A stretch of 64,000 nt of DNA from Bacteroidia bacterium (GTDB taxonomy: Bacteria; Bacteroidota; Bacteroidia; NS11-12g; UBA9320). The stretch is taken from contig CBDCFW010000006.1 in NCBI GenBank assembly GCA_965216465.1, positions 736,001 to 800,000 of the forward strand. Reading direction: 5' to 3'. Under the pieces are notes generated by a model. It was not told where the DNA came from and made no database searches. It was given only the letters and a program-made list of their open reading frames with translations. The position numbers were made by a program, and so were the translations under genes. The first letter of the stretch is position 1. Every line of letters starts with the position of its first letter. Shown here piece after piece: positions 18,996 through 28,645 of the stretch.

Positions 18996-20300
18996 ATGGC
19001 AGGTATAGTAGCAATAGTAGGAAGACCAAACGTAGGCAAATCAACTTTGTTCAACCGTTTGATCGGTGAACGAAAAGCCATCGTTGATGACGTTAGTGGA
19101 GTAACCCGAGATAGGCATTACGGAAAAAGCGATTGGAACGGAAAAGAATTTACCGTTATTGATACCGGAGGTTATGTAGATAGCAGCACCGATATTTTTG
19201 AAACCCATATTCGTGAACAAGTTGAGCAAGCTATGGATGAAGCAGATGTGCTTCTTTTTATGGTGGATGCAACACTTGATCCCAACGACCTTGATTTTGC
19301 ATTTGCCCAGATTATTCGCAAAAGCAAAAAACCTTACTTGATGGTGGCCAATAAAGCTGATAACGATGAGCGAATGTTTATGGCAAATTCTTATTATTCA
19401 ATGGGAGTTGATACCATTTATCCGATCTCTTCTTTATCTGGAAGTGGTACGGGTGAATTACTAGATGATCTTGTTCCATTGTTACCAGAAGGTGATGTTG
19501 AACTAGAAGATAGCATACCAAAAATTGCTTTTGTTGGAAGACCAAATGCTGGAAAATCTACCTTATGCAATACCCTTTTAGGTGAAGAAAGAAACATCGT
19601 TACTGATATTCCGGGTACTACCCGCGACACCTTATTTGTGAGATATAAAGCATTCAACCACGATTTATATTTGGTGGATACTGCTGGAGTTAGAAAAAAG
19701 AGTAAGGTTAGTGAAGACATCGAGTTCTATTCTGTAATGCGAAGCTTACGGGCTATCGAAAATGTTGATGTCGTTGCTTTGGTTATTGATGCAACCAGAG
19801 GGTTAGAATCTCAAGACCTTAATCTTTTTGGACTGGCTCAAAGAAACGGAAAAGGGATTGTAATTATAGTGAACAAGTGGGATCTTGTTGAAAAAGATAC
19901 GAAGACGGCTAAAGAGTATGAACAGTTCATCAAATCAAAAATTGCACCTTTTACAGATGTGCCAATATTGTTTGTATCAGCATTAACCAAAAAGAGAGTG
20001 CTCAAAGCCTTGGATGTAATTATGGATGTATACAAATCAATGACTACAAAAATTTCTACGTCTAAGCTTAACGACTTCTTTCAACCCATTATTGAAAAGA
20101 CTCCTCCTCCTTCTATAAAAGGTAAATACATTAAGATTAAATATGTAACGCAATTGCCTACGGCTTGTCCGTCTTTTGCATTCTTCTGTAACTTGCCCCA
20201 ATATGTCGCAGAAAACTATAAGCGATTCTTAGAAAATAAGCTTCGAGAAAGCTATAATTTTAGTGGAATTCCATTACGTATGTACTTCAGAAAGAAATAA
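18996..20300 (+). CDS. der: Ribosome biogenesis GTPase Der (EngA)
   Basis: Two G domains, GRPNVGKS and GRPNAGKS, with DTGG and DTAG. Confidence 0.97.
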   Translation: MAGIVAIVGRPNVGKSTLFNRLIGERKAIVDDVSGVTRDRHYGKSDWNGKEFTVIDTGGYVDSSTDIFETHIREQVEQAMDEADVLLFMVDATLDPNDLDFAFAQIIRKSKKPYLMVANKADNDERMFMANSYYSMGVDTIYPISSLSGSGTGELLDDLVPLLPEGDVELEDSIPKIAFVGRPNAGKSTLCNTLLGEERNIVTDIPGTTRDTLFVRYKAFNHDLYLVDTAGVRKKSKVSEDIEFYSVMRSLRAIENVDVVALVIDATRGLESQDLNLFGLAQRNGKGIVIIVNKWDLVEKDTKTAKEYEQFIKSKIAPFTDVPILFVSALTKKRVLKALDVIMDVYKSMTTKISTSKLNDFFQPIIEKTPPPSIKGKYIKIKYVTQLPTACPSFAFFCNLPQYVAENYKRFLENKLRESYNFSGIPLRMYFRKK

Positions 20301-20376
20301 TTACGCTTTTTAAACACTTTTTTCTATATTCGCAGCCATTTTAAAATTAATTAACATTAAAAATACGCGTAACAAA

Positions 20377-20649
20377 ATGAAAAAAATTATTGCTCTATTT
20401 GCTATCGTTTCAGTATTTGGATTTGTTGCTTGCAACAACGCTGCTGAAACTGAGGAAGCTGGATCTGCAGAAGCAACAGAAGTTGAAGCTGCTGAGGCAG
20501 AAGCTGAAGAAAGTTTATTAGAAGAAGCTGCTGAAGAAGCAACTGAGGTTATGGAAGAAGCTGCTGAAGAAGCAACTGAAGCTATCGAAGGTGCTGCTGA
20601 AGAAGCAACTGAGGCTGTTGAAGAAGCTGCTGAAGAAGCTGCTCACTAA
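20377..20649 (+). CDS. Small highly acidic Glu/Ala-repeat lipoprotein
   Basis: Lipobox FVAC; EEAAEEATE repeats; own promoter (TATATTCG) and terminator. Confidence 0.85.
   Translation: MKKIIALFAIVSVFGFVACNNAAETEEAGSAEATEVEAAEAEAEESLLEEAAEEATEVMEEAAEEATEAIEGAAEEATEAVEEAAEEAAH
20521..20646 (+). repeat. 33-bp coding tandem repeat, about 3.8 copies (11-aa unit EEAAEEATExx)
   Basis: gaagaagctgctgaagaagcaactga... starting at 20521, 20554, 20587 and 20620. Confidence 0.9.
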
Positions 20650-20672
20650 GCACAATTCTAAAACGAATTAAT

Positions 20673-20705
20673 AAAAAGGGTGACCAAAGTGGTCACCCTT
20701 TTTTT
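20673..20705 (+). terminator. Intrinsic (potentially bidirectional) terminator
   Basis: AAAAAGGGTGACCA-aag-TGGTCACCCTTTTTTT. Confidence 0.9.
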
Positions 20706-20717
20706 ATTTTTGAAATA

Positions 20718-20903
20718 ATGAAGTATCTCACCTACATCCTATTCTTACTCACTTTTGTTGCTTGCTCGTCAAACGAATCAAACGATGAACAAAGTTTGGA
20801 AAATCAAGAAGAAGAAATTCAAGAAGTTAATGATATGATAGAATCAGACCAGATGCGTCTTGACTCTATGAAAAAAGTTTTGGGAATAGACTCTACAGAC
20901 TAA
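20718..20903 (+). CDS. Small acidic lipoprotein
   Basis: Lipobox FVAC, acidic mature part; TATTTTTG box 5 nt upstream. Confidence 0.7.
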   Translation: MKYLTYILFLLTFVACSSNESNDEQSLENQEEEIQEVNDMIESDQMRLDSMKKVLGIDSTD

Positions 20904-21910
20904 AGACCTGCGAACTGATCTAAAAATCTTTTATCGTTATTAAAAAAGGTTCTTAAATCTTTAACGCCATATTTTAGCATGGCAATTCTGTCAACTCCTA
21001 ATCCGAATGCAAAACCACTATACTCCTTAGTATCAATTTTACAATTTTCTAAAACATTCGGGTCAACCATACCGCAACCTAAAATTTCTAACCAGCCTGT
21101 TCCTTTAGTTAACCGTTTATCAGATTCTGTTTCCGTACCTAGGAAAATATCCATTTCTGCACTTGGTTCCGTAAATGGGAAATAAGATGCTCTAAATCTG
21201 ACCTTAGTATTGGGACCAAAAAATTCTTGGACAAAATTATATAGCGTTTGTTTTAGATCTGAGAAAGAAACTCCCTTATCTATATATAAACCCTCAACTT
21301 GATGGAAAAAACAGTTTGAGCGGGCTGAAATCGCCTCGTTTCTGTAAACACGCCCTGGCATGATGCTTCTGATAGGTAATTTTCCTTCTTCCATCAATCT
21401 AACCTGCACAGATGAGGTATGTGTACGTAAAGCAATTTCATCTTCAACAAAGAAGGTATCTTGCATATCTCGAGCTGGATGATTGGGTGGAAAATTTAAA
21501 GCAGAGAAATTATGCCAGTCATCTTCAACCTCAGGTCCAACAGAAACTGAAAATCCCAATCGCTCAAAAATTTGAGTCATTTCTTCAATTACAAAATTGA
21601 TTGGATGACGAGATCCAAGTTCACTATAATATCCTGGTAAATCTGAATTTACTGAATCGCTATTTTCAGATCCTTCATTCATATCATTTTGAAAACCCTT
21701 GAACATCGCTTCGATTTTTCCCTTAGCAATATTCAAATCTTTACCGAATAGTTTTTTGTCATCAGAACTTAATGACTTGAACTCTTGAAACAATTCATTC
21801 ACTAATCCTTTTTTGACTAGAAATTTTAACCTGAACTCTTCTAGCGTCTCTTTTGAGTTAACAGCAAATTGTTCAGCATCTTGAATTAATTGTTCTATTC
21901 TCTCTTTCAT
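20900..21910 (-). CDS. pheS: Phenylalanine--tRNA ligase alpha subunit
   Basis: HPARDMQDTF, LRTHTS, FHQVEG, YFPFTEPS, GFAFGLG. Confidence 0.98.
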   Translation of the reverse strand: MKERIEQLIQDAEQFAVNSKETLEEFRLKFLVKKGLVNELFQEFKSLSSDDKKLFGKDLNIAKGKIEAMFKGFQNDMNEGSENSDSVNSDLPGYYSELGSRHPINFVIEEMTQIFERLGFSVSVGPEVEDDWHNFSALNFPPNHPARDMQDTFFVEDEIALRTHTSSVQVRLMEEGKLPIRSIMPGRVYRNEAISARSNCFFHQVEGLYIDKGVSFSDLKQTLYNFVQEFFGPNTKVRFRASYFPFTEPSAEMDIFLGTETESDKRLTKGTGWLEILGCGMVDPNVLENCKIDTKEYSGFAFGLGVDRIAMLKYGVKDLRTFFNNDKRFLDQFAGL

Positions 21911-22302
21911 TTACACTGCAAAGAAACACAACCGAGATAAAAGATAAAGAGCTTATTCACCCTTTATTAAAAATAAAAAAGATTAAAAAAATATAATAGT
22001 AATTAATATAGTACTGCGTGGATATGGGGTAAATTAAATTAGGAAATATGAATGCCAACAATTGGTTAACATTAAAGTGTTATTTAAATAATTTAAAATC
22101 AGATTATTAACAATGCTTAGTTAATATGTTCATTCGTAATTTAACAGGATAATGTGGATAGATCTGATGTTAATTTCATAACCCATTATTGTGAATTAGG
22201 AGTTCATTATATCTCCATAAAGTGAGTAAATTCTAAAATTGGATTATTTAGGAAGTTTTATGCTAAAATTCACATACCATGTTATTAACGCTGTGAATAA
22301 CG
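21911..22302. other. Putative replication origin oriC
   Basis: AT-rich and gene-free; DnaA-box-like 9-mers TTATTCACC 21953, TTATTAACA 22104, TGTGGATAG 22153, TGTGAATTA 22190, TTATTAACG 22282, TGTGAATAA 22292; box-GC-trio motif at 21993-22032; near mnmG and parS. Confidence 0.8.
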
Positions 22303-23814
22303 CTATAAGTCATTAATAGTTAATTCTTTATCCCAGTTTACACGCATTTCAAACTGTTCAGAATTAATAATGTGTTCAGCATTGTTATTTAGAAATGGAT
22401 TTCCGGTGTCCCAGTTGTTATTGTTGTTATCGTCTTTTATTAAACTTACTCGGTAACTACCAGGTTGTACATCGTTATACTTTATAGTTTGAGACAGGGT
22501 TATAGCACGCTGACTGATTATGGTTTGACCTTGCTTTAATTGTACAATATAGCGCGTTGAATCTGGAATATTGACGGTAAGATTTAAACTGGGATTTTCA
22601 TCTCCTACTGGTATGTAACTCACACTATCGAATCGTGTTGTATTGCCAAATGGGTCAATAATAAAGCCACTATCAACCGTATATAGAATTGGCTTGGTGA
22701 GGTCTACAGCCGTATTTAAGACGATGTTAAAGCTATCAAACGCTACAACTTTAAAATTGACTAAACTACTGTCTTGTTCTATTCTAAGTTTTGAAGAATC
22801 AACAATCCTAATCCAATTACCTGAAGTTATATAAGTAGTTTTTCCTTTTGTTTTTATTTTATAATCAACTGATTGTGAATATTTAGGTGTCAATTCAAAA
22901 TCGTAAGAGGTACTATCTTGCTTAATTTCTAGTAACACACTATCTACCCTATTTGAGTTTAGAAGCGTGATGGTATCGAATTGAAATGATGTTGTATACT
23001 GCATTGCTTCATTATTAAAGAATACTTGAAGTTGAGCAGTATCGATGGGTTGTTCAAATGTAAACTGATAAACTCCCGGTGTAGATCCAATTACTAACTT
23101 CGGTTTGTTTTCTTTCTTTATACTATATGGAAATACAGTAAATGTGTCGCGATTACTTAATGTTGTCAATCGAGTGTTCGGCAGTGAAATTAGTTCCTGA
23201 TCATCGAGTGTAAGATTTTTATTATCATCTTTTATCACATATACTTTAAAATCAGCATTTGGAAGGTTTGTGAAATAGAAGTTTCCAGTCTTGTCTGTTT
23301 TTGCAAGGTAGTCCGGCTTATCAAACATTACCACACTGTCATTGTGAGACTCGTATAAATGAACATTACAATCTTCGCAAATTTCACCAGACGGCAATTG
23401 AGTTACATAGCCAGAATATTTAAGAGAGTCGATATAATCACCTGTAGAAAATATGTATCTATAAGATTCTAGGGGATTTCCTTCGTTATTGTCGGCAATC
23501 GCACCATTAAATTGAATGGTATAGGTGGTGTTGGCTTTTAGCGTATCTTCTAGTTTTATAGTGAGTTGCTTGCCTTTAATCGATATATCAGGATTCTTTT
23601 TTTGAGCTGGTGAAATGAGCAGTAATTGACTAGCATTATTTGTCTTAATATACTCGTCAAAGGTGAAAACAATGCTTTGGCTTGATGCATTTAATGAAGC
23701 ACTATCTGGCTTTACGCTTAGCACTTTCGGAGGAGTAACATCTTCATCTCCACCTTCCAGTGGTTTAATGGATGCACATCCAGAAATAATCAATAGAATT
23801 AAGATATACCTCAT
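22303..23814 (-). CDS. Ig-like (Big_5) domain lipoprotein
   Basis: Lipobox ISGC, GGDEDVTPP, FDEYI, L.ANTTYTI.F..AI.DNNEGN, FSTG..IDSL. Confidence 0.85.
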   Translation of the reverse strand: MRYILILLIISGCASIKPLEGGDEDVTPPKVLSVKPDSASLNASSQSIVFTFDEYIKTNNASQLLLISPAQKKNPDISIKGKQLTIKLEDTLKANTTYTIQFNGAIADNNEGNPLESYRYIFSTGDYIDSLKYSGYVTQLPSGEICEDCNVHLYESHNDSVVMFDKPDYLAKTDKTGNFYFTNLPNADFKVYVIKDDNKNLTLDDQELISLPNTRLTTLSNRDTFTVFPYSIKKENKPKLVIGSTPGVYQFTFEQPIDTAQLQVFFNNEAMQYTTSFQFDTITLLNSNRVDSVLLEIKQDSTSYDFELTPKYSQSVDYKIKTKGKTTYITSGNWIRIVDSSKLRIEQDSSLVNFKVVAFDSFNIVLNTAVDLTKPILYTVDSGFIIDPFGNTTRFDSVSYIPVGDENPSLNLTVNIPDSTRYIVQLKQGQTIISQRAITLSQTIKYNDVQPGSYRVSLIKDDNNNNNWDTGNPFLNNNAEHIINSEQFEMRVNWDKELTINDL

Positions 23815-25679
23815 TAACGGCCGAAATGTATTAATAATACTGAAATATCGGCTGGACTTACACCGCTTATTCTGGACGCTTGTCCAATACTTTCCGGTTT
23901 TATTTCAGAAAGCTTGTCTCTAGACTCTGCAGAAAGTGAACTTACCTGGTTAAAATCAAAATCGTTAGGAATTTTAATATGTTCTAAACGAGTAAGTTTG
24001 GCTACGTTTTCTTGTTCGTTTTTAATATAGCCTTGGTATTTAATCTCTATTTCAGCTTGTTGTAATTCATCTTCAGCGTAATGACCAATTAGAGAATTTA
24101 CAGACTCTATTTCTAGTAGTTGAGGATACTTTAGTTGTGGCCGAGCAAGTATTTTGTCAAGTAGATAATTCTGAGGAATTTCAGATGTATTGTACTTGTT
24201 CAATATAGGGTTTGCTTGTTTTGGAGTTACGGTAGATTTTCGAATTGTTTTAATGGCTTGATTGATATTGCTTCGTTTTGATTCAAGCTTATCAAATTCT
24301 TCAGTAGATATAGTTCCAAGTTCATGAGCCTTAGGCATTAAACGTAAGTCTGCATTATCTTGTCTTAACAGAATTCTGTACTCGGCTCTGCTCGTGAACA
24401 TTCTGTACGGTTCTTTTGTACCCTTATTTACAAGATCGTCAATCAAAACCCCAATATATGCTTCACCTCTGCCTAACACAAAAGGATCTTTGTTGTTAAT
24501 CGAAAGATGAGCGTTAATTCCAGCCATAAGTCCTTGACAGGCAGCTTCTTCGTACCCAGTGGTACCGTTAATTTGACCTGCGAAAAACAGATTTTTAATC
24601 CCTTTAGTTTCTAATGACAGCTTAAGTTGAGTTGGAAAGAAAAAGTCGTATTCAATGGCATAACCAGGTCGAAATATTTTAGCTTGCTCGAACCCAGGAA
24701 TTTTGCGTAATGCTTCGTACTGTACATCTTGAGGAAGAGAAGAACTAAATCCATTAATATAGGTTTCGACCGTGTTCCATCCTTCAGGTTCAACAAAAAT
24801 TTGATGACGATCACGTTCTGCAAAACGGTTTATTTTGTCTTCAATTGAAGGGCAGTATCGCGGACCTATTGATTGAATAGTACCGTTATATAATGGAGAT
24901 TCAGCTAAGTTATCTCGTAGAATATCGTGAACTTCTGGATTGGTATACGTAATATGACAGCTGTGTTGACGCTTAATTTCTGTAGGTTCTCTGAATGAAA
25001 AACATCGTGGATTTTCGTCTCCCTTCTGTTCTTGCATTACATCATAATTAATGCTTCTGCCATCCACTCTAGGAGGTGTTCCTGTTTTCATTCTTCCGCT
25101 CTCAAAACCCAGAGAGTTAAGTTGCTCGGTAATACCGTATGAAGCCCTATCTCCCATTCTTCCTCCAGTCATTTGTTTCCGTCCGATGTGAATGATTCCA
25201 TTCATAAAGGTTCCACTGGTTAAAACGACTGATTTGGCGTAGTATTTGTTTCCTGCTGTTGTTTCGACACCTTCTACCCTGTTTTGAGATATAATCATTT
25301 GATTAACAGAGTCTTGTACGAAATCAACGTTGATATTTTGTTCGAGAAGTTCTCTCCATTTCAATGAGAACATGGTACGATCATTTTGTGTACGTGGACT
25401 CCACATAGCAGGGCCTTTAGATGTGTTGAGCATCCTAAACTGCATCATACTGTAATCAGCAACGATTCCAGACAGTCCACCAAGAGAATCTATCTCTCTC
25501 ACTATCTGACCTTTAGCCACACCTCCCATCGCTGGGTTGCACGACATCTTGGCTATGGTTTCCATGTTCATGGTAATGAGTAATACCTTAGAGCCCATGG
25601 TTGCGGCAATGTTGGCGGCCTCACATCCTGCATGACCAGCACCAACTACTATAACATCATATGTATTCACTGTTTTCAC
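23814..25679 (-). CDS. mnmG: tRNA uridine-5-carboxymethylaminomethyl modification enzyme MnmG (GidA)
   Basis: VGAGHAGCEA, MSCNPAMGG, GPRYCPSIEDK, AGQINGTTGYEEAA. Confidence 0.98.
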   Translation of the reverse strand: MKTVNTYDVIVVGAGHAGCEAANIAATMGSKVLLITMNMETIAKMSCNPAMGGVAKGQIVREIDSLGGLSGIVADYSMMQFRMLNTSKGPAMWSPRTQNDRTMFSLKWRELLEQNINVDFVQDSVNQMIISQNRVEGVETTAGNKYYAKSVVLTSGTFMNGIIHIGRKQMTGGRMGDRASYGITEQLNSLGFESGRMKTGTPPRVDGRSINYDVMQEQKGDENPRCFSFREPTEIKRQHSCHITYTNPEVHDILRDNLAESPLYNGTIQSIGPRYCPSIEDKINRFAERDRHQIFVEPEGWNTVETYINGFSSSLPQDVQYEALRKIPGFEQAKIFRPGYAIEYDFFFPTQLKLSLETKGIKNLFFAGQINGTTGYEEAACQGLMAGINAHLSINNKDPFVLGRGEAYIGVLIDDLVNKGTKEPYRMFTSRAEYRILLRQDNADLRLMPKAHELGTISTEEFDKLESKRSNINQAIKTIRKSTVTPKQANPILNKYNTSEIPQNYLLDKILARPQLKYPQLLEIESVNSLIGHYAEDELQQAEIEIKYQGYIKNEQENVAKLTRLEHIKIPNDFDFNQVSSLSAESRDKLSEIKPESIGQASRISGVSPADISVLLIHFGR

Positions 25680-25687
25680 GTGGAACA
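25672..25687 (-). promoter_or_regulatory. parS site overlapping the ybeY stop and mnmG GTG start
   Basis: Minus strand TGTTCCACGTGAAAAC versus consensus TGTTNCACGTGAAACA (14/16). Confidence 0.8.
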
Positions 25688-26104
25688 GTGCAAAGCTAAA
25701 TAGTGATTTTCAAGCTCTGACATTTTGTTTCTTTTCTCGGTTGTATCATCGGTGTGTCCTGCTAAGTGTAGCATTCCATGAATGCAGATGCGATGAAGTT
25801 CGGTATATAAGGTTGCCCCTACGTCTTCTGCATTTTCTTTTATTCGGTCTACACTTATTAGAACCTCACTAGCTTCCATGTCGGGATCATCGCTAAAGTC
25901 AAATGTTATTACGTCGGTGTAGTAATCGTGATTAAGCGATTGGATGTTGACTTGAAGAAGCTCTTCGTCTGACATAAACACAAAACATACTGCTTTGTTC
26001 AGATTAAGATCGGTGAAAATGTTTGCTAAAGCTTGTGTACTAATTAAGCTCTCTATTTCTGGGTAGGAAGATTGATAAAGCGTTTGAATATTATTTGAAG
26101 ACAT
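25676..26104 (-). CDS. ybeY: rRNA maturation RNase YbeY
   Basis: HDYYTDVITF and ELHRICIHGMLHLAGH metal-binding motif; ATG at 26104. Confidence 0.93.
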   Translation of the reverse strand: MSSNNIQTLYQSSYPEIESLISTQALANIFTDLNLNKAVCFVFMSDEELLQVNIQSLNHDYYTDVITFDFSDDPDMEASEVLISVDRIKENAEDVGATLYTELHRICIHGMLHLAGHTDDTTEKRNKMSELENHYLALHCST

Positions 26105-27794
26105 AGATATAGTCTTTGACCATTCTCTTTTCACCAAGCACACCATAAATATGTGCTACATACATGTACATTCCATTTGGCACGGGTTCTCCATTGTAAT
26201 CGCCATACCAGGGTTCGTTGGTTTTCTGGTTAGCGAGCATTTCTCCCCATCGGTTGTAAATCATATAGAAAGATCGAGAGTGGTCTATTCCTTCACCGTA
26301 AATAATGAACCTGTTGTTCTCTGTTGTACGGTTAATTGCATTTGGCATGTAATAGGTTAAAGGTGCTAGAATACATTCTGTATTTGACAAAGATGTTTTG
26401 AAATAACCAAAAGTATTCATGTTTTCAGTGGCTAGTACTCGATAGCAGCCGGATGAATCTGAGAAGTCAATGTTGTTGAAAGGAGTATCTTGTGTTCGAA
26501 TAGTGTTCCACGTGAAACTACTACGCAGTTGTTTTTGCAGTTCGTATTTCTGAACTCCGCCGTCGAAGCCTCTATAATGGTTGTGGTTTTTGGCATATTC
26601 ATCTCCAAATGCCAACCTTATGGTAGTTGCTTCGTTTGACTCCATTATTGAATCTCCACAAACGTTCTCGACCGATATCTTGTAAACGTGGTGGTCTTCA
26701 TGAACATTAACAGTAGGATTAAAACCAGTATACTGAATAATGTTTTCGTCTACTACCTTAACATTGAAACGAGAAACATAGATTGAATTGTTGTCTGATC
26801 GATGTCCGTAGAAAACTTTCATGTCTGTTGCATTATCCACTTCCCATTCCAAATGAACGTCGTGGTCGTTTACAACTGTTACTTGAGACAGATAGATATA
26901 TGATGGCACTTCAAATGCTCTTGTTTCAACACAAGCAATGTTTGAACTACTAGTGATTGTTCCACCTGGAGCATATGCTCTTATGTACAGACAAATGGTG
27001 TCTCCTAAAGTAATGCCGCCAATTTCATAGCTTGTTGTAGCTCCTCCTATCGTTCTAAATCTGGTATATGGCCCATGGTTGACAGACATCATAATGTGTT
27101 GACTATCAACGGCTTGCCAACCTTGATAACGGCTCCAGTTTATTCTTATTCGCCTGTCACAGGTATCTAGGCGTTCTGTTAAGCGCATAGCTCGATGCGG
27201 TGTAGATAATACAGTAGAAAGATTACAGCTGTCAAGTGCAGCCATTACAACAGGAAATACATTCAAAGGGTCTGTTGTTACCGTAAAATTTGTTCCTGTA
27301 GTGAATCCTATGGAATCTCCGTTCCCTGAGCTGTAGTCGTAAATCTCGTAGCCCTTGGTATCTGTACTTGTGTTCGGAGACCAGCCTGCTATAATGTTTT
27401 GAGTTGCTAAATCATAACTGAGTGAGTCCAACTCCTGAGGGTCAGGATAAGTTACGTCAATGGCTATGGTTTGAGATGTTGCACTGTCGAGCATATCACA
27501 GAGTGTATGCACAGTGATGTAGTACGATCGAGTAGTGTTTAGATCTGGGAGCTTATGCGGATATTCTGTAATTGCAATATTTGGAATAACTGCAATCCTG
27601 CTAAATGTTCCTCCATTTACATTTTCGTATAGCGAATAATGAGTGAAAGATCCACATGCATCTGTGGGTGCTTGCCACGAAATGGTTACCACACTATCAT
27701 TAAAATTGATGCAGCTACGTAACAAACGCGGTGCACTGTCTACTGCAAAAAGTGTAGTAGTCCAAAAAATGAATATAAAACTGAGATATCTCAA
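26091..27794 (-). CDS. Secreted protein with T9SS type-B (gliding-motility-associated) CTD and FnIII-like repeats
   Basis: Signal peptide; C-terminal YMPNA..IYNRWGE...W.G..NG..VPNG.Y.Y. Confidence 0.8.
   Translation of the reverse strand: MRYLSFIFIFWTTTLFAVDSAPRLLRSCINFNDSVVTISWQAPTDACGSFTHYSLYENVNGGTFSRIAVIPNIAITEYPHKLPDLNTTRSYYITVHTLCDMLDSATSQTIAIDVTYPDPQELDSLSYDLATQNIIAGWSPNTSTDTKGYEIYDYSSGNGDSIGFTTGTNFTVTTDPLNVFPVVMAALDSCNLSTVLSTPHRAMRLTERLDTCDRRIRINWSRYQGWQAVDSQHIMMSVNHGPYTRFRTIGGATTSYEIGGITLGDTICLYIRAYAPGGTITSSSNIACVETRAFEVPSYIYLSQVTVVNDHDVHLEWEVDNATDMKVFYGHRSDNNSIYVSRFNVKVVDENIIQYTGFNPTVNVHEDHHVYKISVENVCGDSIMESNEATTIRLAFGDEYAKNHNHYRGFDGGVQKYELQKQLRSSFTWNTIRTQDTPFNNIDFSDSSGCYRVLATENMNTFGYFKTSLSNTECILAPLTYYMPNAINRTTENNRFIIYGEGIDHSRSFYMIYNRWGEMLANQKTNEPWYGDYNGEPVPNGMYMYVAHIYGVLGEKRMVKDYIYVFK
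26504..26519 (+). promoter_or_regulatory. parS site (intragenic)
   Basis: TGTTCCACGTGAAACT, 15/16 to consensus. Confidence 0.85.
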
Positions 27795-27856
27795 TTGGGT
27801 AAGGATTGTCTGTTATAACGTATTTACTTTGCAAAAATTGCAATAATCATCGAAGA

Positions 27857-28624
27857 ATGAAAGGAAAGAAGTTCGATATGTCAAGAGAAGATGCAGGAAG
27901 TGTACAAGATATCAGACTGAATAAGTACATTTCGAATGCCGGAATTTGCAGCCGGAGAGCCGCCGATAAGTTAATCGAGGAAGGCCGAGTAAAGGTGAAT
28001 GGTAAGGTTGTTAAATCTCTTGGTGTACGGGTGAGCAGTTCCGATAAGGTGTTGGTAGACAACAACGTAATATCAAGCGGAGAGAAGGTTTATGTGTTGA
28101 TGAATAAACCTCGTGGAACAATTTGTACACGAAAAGATGAGAATGATCGTAAGACCGTAATCGATATCTTGCCAGAGCGTTTAAAGCATCTATACCCGGT
28201 TGGTAGATTAGATAGAAATACCACCGGAGTGTTGCTACTTACAAATGACGGAACTTTGACCCAAAATCTCCTGCACCCCTCTAAAAAGGTAAAAAAGATA
28301 TACAAAGCCAAGGTGTCTAAACGGTTGAGTCAAGAAGAGTTAGATCAACTTGCAAGTGGAATTCAGTTGGACGACGGAATTAGCAAATTCGACAAGGTGG
28401 TTGAGTTAATGGAAGATAATGAATTTAGATACGGAATAGAGATACATTCAGGCAAGAATAGGATTATTCGACGCACCTTCGAAGCGCTTGGAAACCAGGT
28501 TATTAAGCTGGATCGCGTACGCTTTCATAACTTCGACAAAAGGGGACTTAAAAAAGGGCAATGGAGAGAACTCAAAGAAAAGGAAGTAAAGACCTTAGAA
28601 GTCTATCTTAGAACTAAAAAATAA
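27857..28624 (+). CDS. rluB: S4-domain pseudouridine synthase (RluB/RsuA family)
   Basis: RLNKYISNAGICSRRAAD, NKPRG, PVGRLDRNTTG, GKNRIIRR. Confidence 0.85.
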   Translation: MKGKKFDMSREDAGSVQDIRLNKYISNAGICSRRAADKLIEEGRVKVNGKVVKSLGVRVSSSDKVLVDNNVISSGEKVYVLMNKPRGTICTRKDENDRKTVIDILPERLKHLYPVGRLDRNTTGVLLLTNDGTLTQNLLHPSKKVKKIYKAKVSKRLSQEELDQLASGIQLDDGISKFDKVVELMEDNEFRYGIEIHSGKNRIIRRTFEALGNQVIKLDRVRFHNFDKRGLKKGQWRELKEKEVKTLEVYLRTKK

Positions 28625-28645
28625 ATAACATCGTATTTTTGAACC

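Noticed and set aside
20521-20646. 33-bp repeats as a CRISPR array
   Set aside because: No spacers; in-frame coding tandem repeats; no cas genes
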